Assembly (NCBI RefSeq): GCF_009914755.1
Contig: NC_060926.1
Reading direction: 5' to 3' (one strand)
DNA length: 64,000 nucleotides
Origin: the human T2T-CHM13v2.0 reference genome, Homo sapiens
Below are positions 60,439-64,000 of the stretch, piece after piece. The position numbers were made by a program, and so were the translations under genes. The notes below the pieces were generated by a model. It worked only from the letters and a program-made list of their open reading frames with translations. It was not told the origin of the DNA and made no database searches. Every line of letters begins with the position of its first letter. Position 1 is the first letter of the stretch.

Positions 60439-61640
60439 TTTTAATTTTTTTAAATTATATTTTAAGTTCTAGGGTACATGTGCACAACGTGCAGGTTTGT
60501 TACGTAGGGTATACATGTGCCATGTTGGTTTGCTGTACCCATTAACTCGTAATTTACATTAGGTATTTCTCCTAATGCTATCCCTCCCCCTGCCCCCCAC
60601 CCCACGACAGACGGGATATGATGATCCCCGCCCTGTGTCCATGTGTTCTCATTGTTCAATTCCCACCTATGAGTGAGAACATGCGGTGTTTGGTTTTCTG
60701 TCCTTGCGATAGTTTGCTCAGAATGATGGTTTCCAGCTGCATCCATGTCCCTGAAAAGGACATGAACTCATCGTTTTTTTATGGCTGCATAGTATTCCTT
60801 GGTGTATATGTGCCACATTTTCTTAATCCAGTCTAGCACTGATGGACATTTGGGTTGGTTCCAAGTCTTTGCTATTTTAAATAGTGCTGCAATAAACATA
60901 CGTGTGCATGTGTCTTTATAGCAGCATGATTTATAGTCCCTTGGGTATATGCCAAGTAATTGGATCGCTGGGTCAAATGGTATTTCTAGTTCTAGATGCT
61001 TGAGGAATCGCCACACTGTCTTCCACAATGGTTGAACTACTTTACAGTCCCACCAACAGTGTAAAAGCATTCCTTTTCTCCACATCCTCTCCAGCATCTA
61101 TTGTTTTCCTGACTTTTTAATGATCGCCATTCTAACTGGTGTGAGATGGTATCTCATTGCGGTTTTGATTTGCATTTCTCTGATGGCCAGTGATGATGAA
61201 CATTTTTTCATGTGTCTGTTGGCTGCATAAATGTCTTCTTTGGGAAGTGTCTGTTCATATCCTTCGCCCACTTTTTGATGGGGTTGTTTGTTTTTTCCTT
61301 GTAAATTGGTTTGCATTTTTTGTAGATTCTGGATATTAGCCCTTTGTCAGATGGGTAGATTGCAAAAATTTTCTCCCATTTTGTAGGTTGCTTGTTCACT
61401 CTGATAGTGGTTTCTATTGCTGTGCAGAAACTCTTTAATTAGATCTCATTTGTCAATTTTGGCTTTTGTTGCCATTGCTTTTGGTGTTTTAGTCATGAAG
61501 TCCTTGCCCATGCCTATGTCCTGAATGGTATTGCCTAAGTTTTCTTCTAGGGTTTTTACGGTTTTAGGTCTAACATTTAAGTCTTTAATCCATCTTGAAT
61601 TAATTTTTGCATAAGGATTTTCGCATCGATGTTTATCAGG
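60439..61640 (-). mobile_element. 5'-truncated primate L1PA 3' fragment (~1.2 kb)
   Basis: TTAAGTTCTAGGGTACATGTGCACAACGTGCAGG 3'UTR; ORF2 C-terminal fragments (HCWWDCK); TSD TCTC(C/A)CTTCTTT at 60427 and 61641. Confidence 0.93.
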
Positions 61641-61772
61641 TCTCACTTCTTTCTTATGACTCATCGCAGCCGTGCAGACCTTCCGTATGGGCACACTTGC
61701 TGATCCTACACAAGGTTTTTAATATCTGTGGGGAAAATAAATGTGTTTAAAGCATTTTAAAAGGCTAAACTG

Positions 61773-62096
61773 GGCTCAGGCACGGTGGCTTACACCTGTA
61801 ATCCCAGCACTTTGGGAGGCTGAGGCAGGCGGATCACTTGAGGTCGGGAGTTTGAGACCAGCCTGGCCAACATGGTGAAACCCCATCTCTACTAAAAATA
61901 CAAAATAAACAAACAAAAAACATTAGCCGTGTGTGGTGGCAGGTGCCTGTAGTTAGCTACTCAGGAGGCTGTGGCAGGAGAATCGCTTGAACCTGGGAGG
62001 CAGAGGGTGCAGGTGAGCCGAGATCTCACCATTGCATTCCAGACTGGGCAACAGAGTGAAACTCCATTTGAAAATAAAATAAAATAAAATAAAAAT
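61773..62096 (+). mobile_element. AluS (sense)
   Basis: Full Alu with (AAAAT)n tail; TSD AAAAGGCTAAACTG on both sides. Confidence 0.95.
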
Positions 62097-62982
62097 AAAA
62101 GGCTAAACTGTTCTATAGTTATGATCAGCACCATCATCTTTAGAATGTTAATGATGGGTTACCTTTGGAAGTTAATTATTTGGAAGAAAATGATCCTATT
62201 CCCCCAATTAGTTTTTTGGAAGGGTTATTTTTAAGCTTCCCCATTTTTTCTTTATATTCCTTTCCCAGTAGTCTGTAAGTCCTTCTGGGAGCTTCTAACC
62301 TGTCTCAAAAGTTGACCGGCTCCAGGCGTAGTGGGGAGTGGGGAGGGCAGGGGTGCTGCAGTGCGTCCGGCGATACCTGCTTAGATGAGAGCTGAGTCAT
62401 GCACAGTGCACCAGAGGGGCAAGGGCCAGCCTGGCCCTCAGCAGGTGCCCGGCATTTGAAGACACCCAGGTCATCCCACACAGGACGATGCATGTCGTGA
62501 TTTCTAAGTCTTCCTTTTGGGCATCCTAAGGCCAAACCGATCCTTTAAAGACTCTGGTGGCATGCAGTGGTGGGTTCACACGCCACTGAGATAGACCGAC
62601 CCTGACAGGCCGTGGGGCCTGCTTTCCATGCGGGGCCTTTGGAGATGACAGGAACAGTGGTCCCCAGGCACCCTGGCCACTCCCTCAGCTAAGCTGAGTC
62701 TTCCTTTCACTGTTCTGGATGTTAGAATTCAGCAAACGCTTCTTTTTTTTTTGTAATCTTGCTGAGAAATAAAACAAAAAGCTTTAAAAACTGGTGGGCT
62801 CCTTCTCCAGGCCCCTTTCTTTCTGAGGGTCCATCCCCCATGAGCCACATTGTCAGTGCCAGCCCAGTGGTTCACCTGCCAACAAGGGCAGTGTCCTGAG
62901 GACATTCAGGAAACTCTGGAATCACACAAGCCGAATTCATGAACTTACACGAAGGTTTGCTGAGGATAAGATTGAGCTATTG

Positions 62983-63282
62983 GGCTGGGCGCGGTGGCTC
63001 ACGCCTGTAATCCCAGCACTTTGGGAGGCCGAGGCAGGCAGATCACCAGGTCAGGAGATTGAGACCATCCTGGCTAACACGGTGAAACCCCATCTCTACT
63101 AAAAATGCAAAAAGAAATTAGCCAAGCATGGTAGCGGGAGCCTGTAGTCCCAATTACTCGGGAGGCTGAGGCAGGAGCATGGCGTGAACCCGGGAGGCAG
63201 AGCTTGCAGTGAGCTGAGATCGCCACTGCACTCCAGCCTGGGCAACAGAAAGAACGAGACTCCGTCTCAAAAAAAAAAAAAA
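62983..63282 (+). mobile_element. AluY/Sc-like (sense)
   Basis: Full Alu (CCATCCTGGCTAACACGG, GGCGTGAACCCGGGAGG), A tail; TSD-like ATTGAG(C/A)TATTG. Confidence 0.95.
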
Positions 63283-63350
63283 TTGAGATATTGTTGTTTC
63301 TCTAGAACTGAGCCAAGAGCTGTCCTTGCCTTGTGCATGGTATTTTCCAG

Positions 63351-63521
63351 GTGGTTTGGACCCACTAATACGAGGCCTTCTTGCAAGACCAGCCAAACTG
63401 CAGGTGCAGGATCAGCTGATGAACGAGGAGCTGACGGAAAGGCTCTTTGTGCTGTCCAATTCCAGCACCTTGGATCTGGCGTCCATCAACCTGCAGAGGG
63501 GCCGGGACCACGGGCTGCCAG
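63351..63521 (+). CDS. TPO: TPO exon 10 (171 nt; [17 protein letters not shown]...[15 protein letters not shown]), the exon skipped in isoform TPO2
   Basis: Acceptor ttttccag|G, donor CAG|gtctgc. Contains the peroxidase [10 protein letters not shown] motif; symmetric phase 1-1. Confidence 0.97.
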
Positions 63522-64000
63522 GTCTGCCAGTTCCTTCCCTTGCACACCTCATGCAGCTGCTGCGGGATTTGCCGAGCTAGCAACCTGCTGCTAGAGAGAC
63601 TGATTTAGAGGAAAACAATCACAAATCTGAGGCCTTCTAAGCAACGGCTCTTAAAGGGCTCCAGTTCATTCAGCTAAAGTGGCCACTTCCAGCTTTTCTT
63701 AGAGATAGAAATGGCACGAAGAGGGTGGTTCTGAACCTCCCAGGAACGTATGAGCTGGGACCTTGAGAAACAGCCGCTTCTAGTAGAGGGAGGAGGGAGT
63801 GCGCGGGCAGACAATGGCAGGTCTGTGTCTGGTATCCCGGGAAGCTCCTGGGATGGCTAGAGTGCCCCCCTCCCCTTCTCCTCCCCACCACAAGGTCCCA
63901 GAGCCTGCAAAGATCATTCCGTCACATCAGGACTGCTGTTAACTAACTGGTCCAAGCTGGCCCCTGGCAGGAGTGGCTGCTCCTCTCAGGCCAGCAGCCC

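Noticed and set aside
63522-64000. Forensic TPOX (AATG)n STR and the intron 10 VNTR
   Set aside because: No AATG array is present; only ~480 nt of intron 10 is in the window.

Overview
Human-type genomic DNA (Alu, L1P, MaLR and MER4 repeats) covering the middle of the thyroid peroxidase gene TPO on the + strand. It holds seven consecutive coding exons (canonical exons 4-10, 1,589 nt, about R60-G590), all with GT-AG boundaries and a continuous reading frame. They encode the heme-peroxidase catalytic residues Q235/D238/H239, R396/E399 and H494. The window starts in intron 3 and ends just inside intron 10, so the start, stop and promoter lie outside it. Exon and residue numbers come from my recollection of the TPO reference. 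The introns carry about ten minisatellite arrays (~9.5 kb, ~15%), a TSD-bounded near-full-length L1PB, an MST MaLR provirus, solo LTRs, nine Alus plus a FLAM, and old L2/MIR/L1M fragments. Almost all ORF-track entries outside the exons are repeat artefacts or L1 remnants. I see no convincing novel gene or biological system. The best leads are a possible cryptic exon next to a VNTR of splice-donor motifs, motif-bearing VNTRs, CRE/NKX enhancer candidates, sequence correlates of exon 10 skipping, and an L1 with a template-jump junction.
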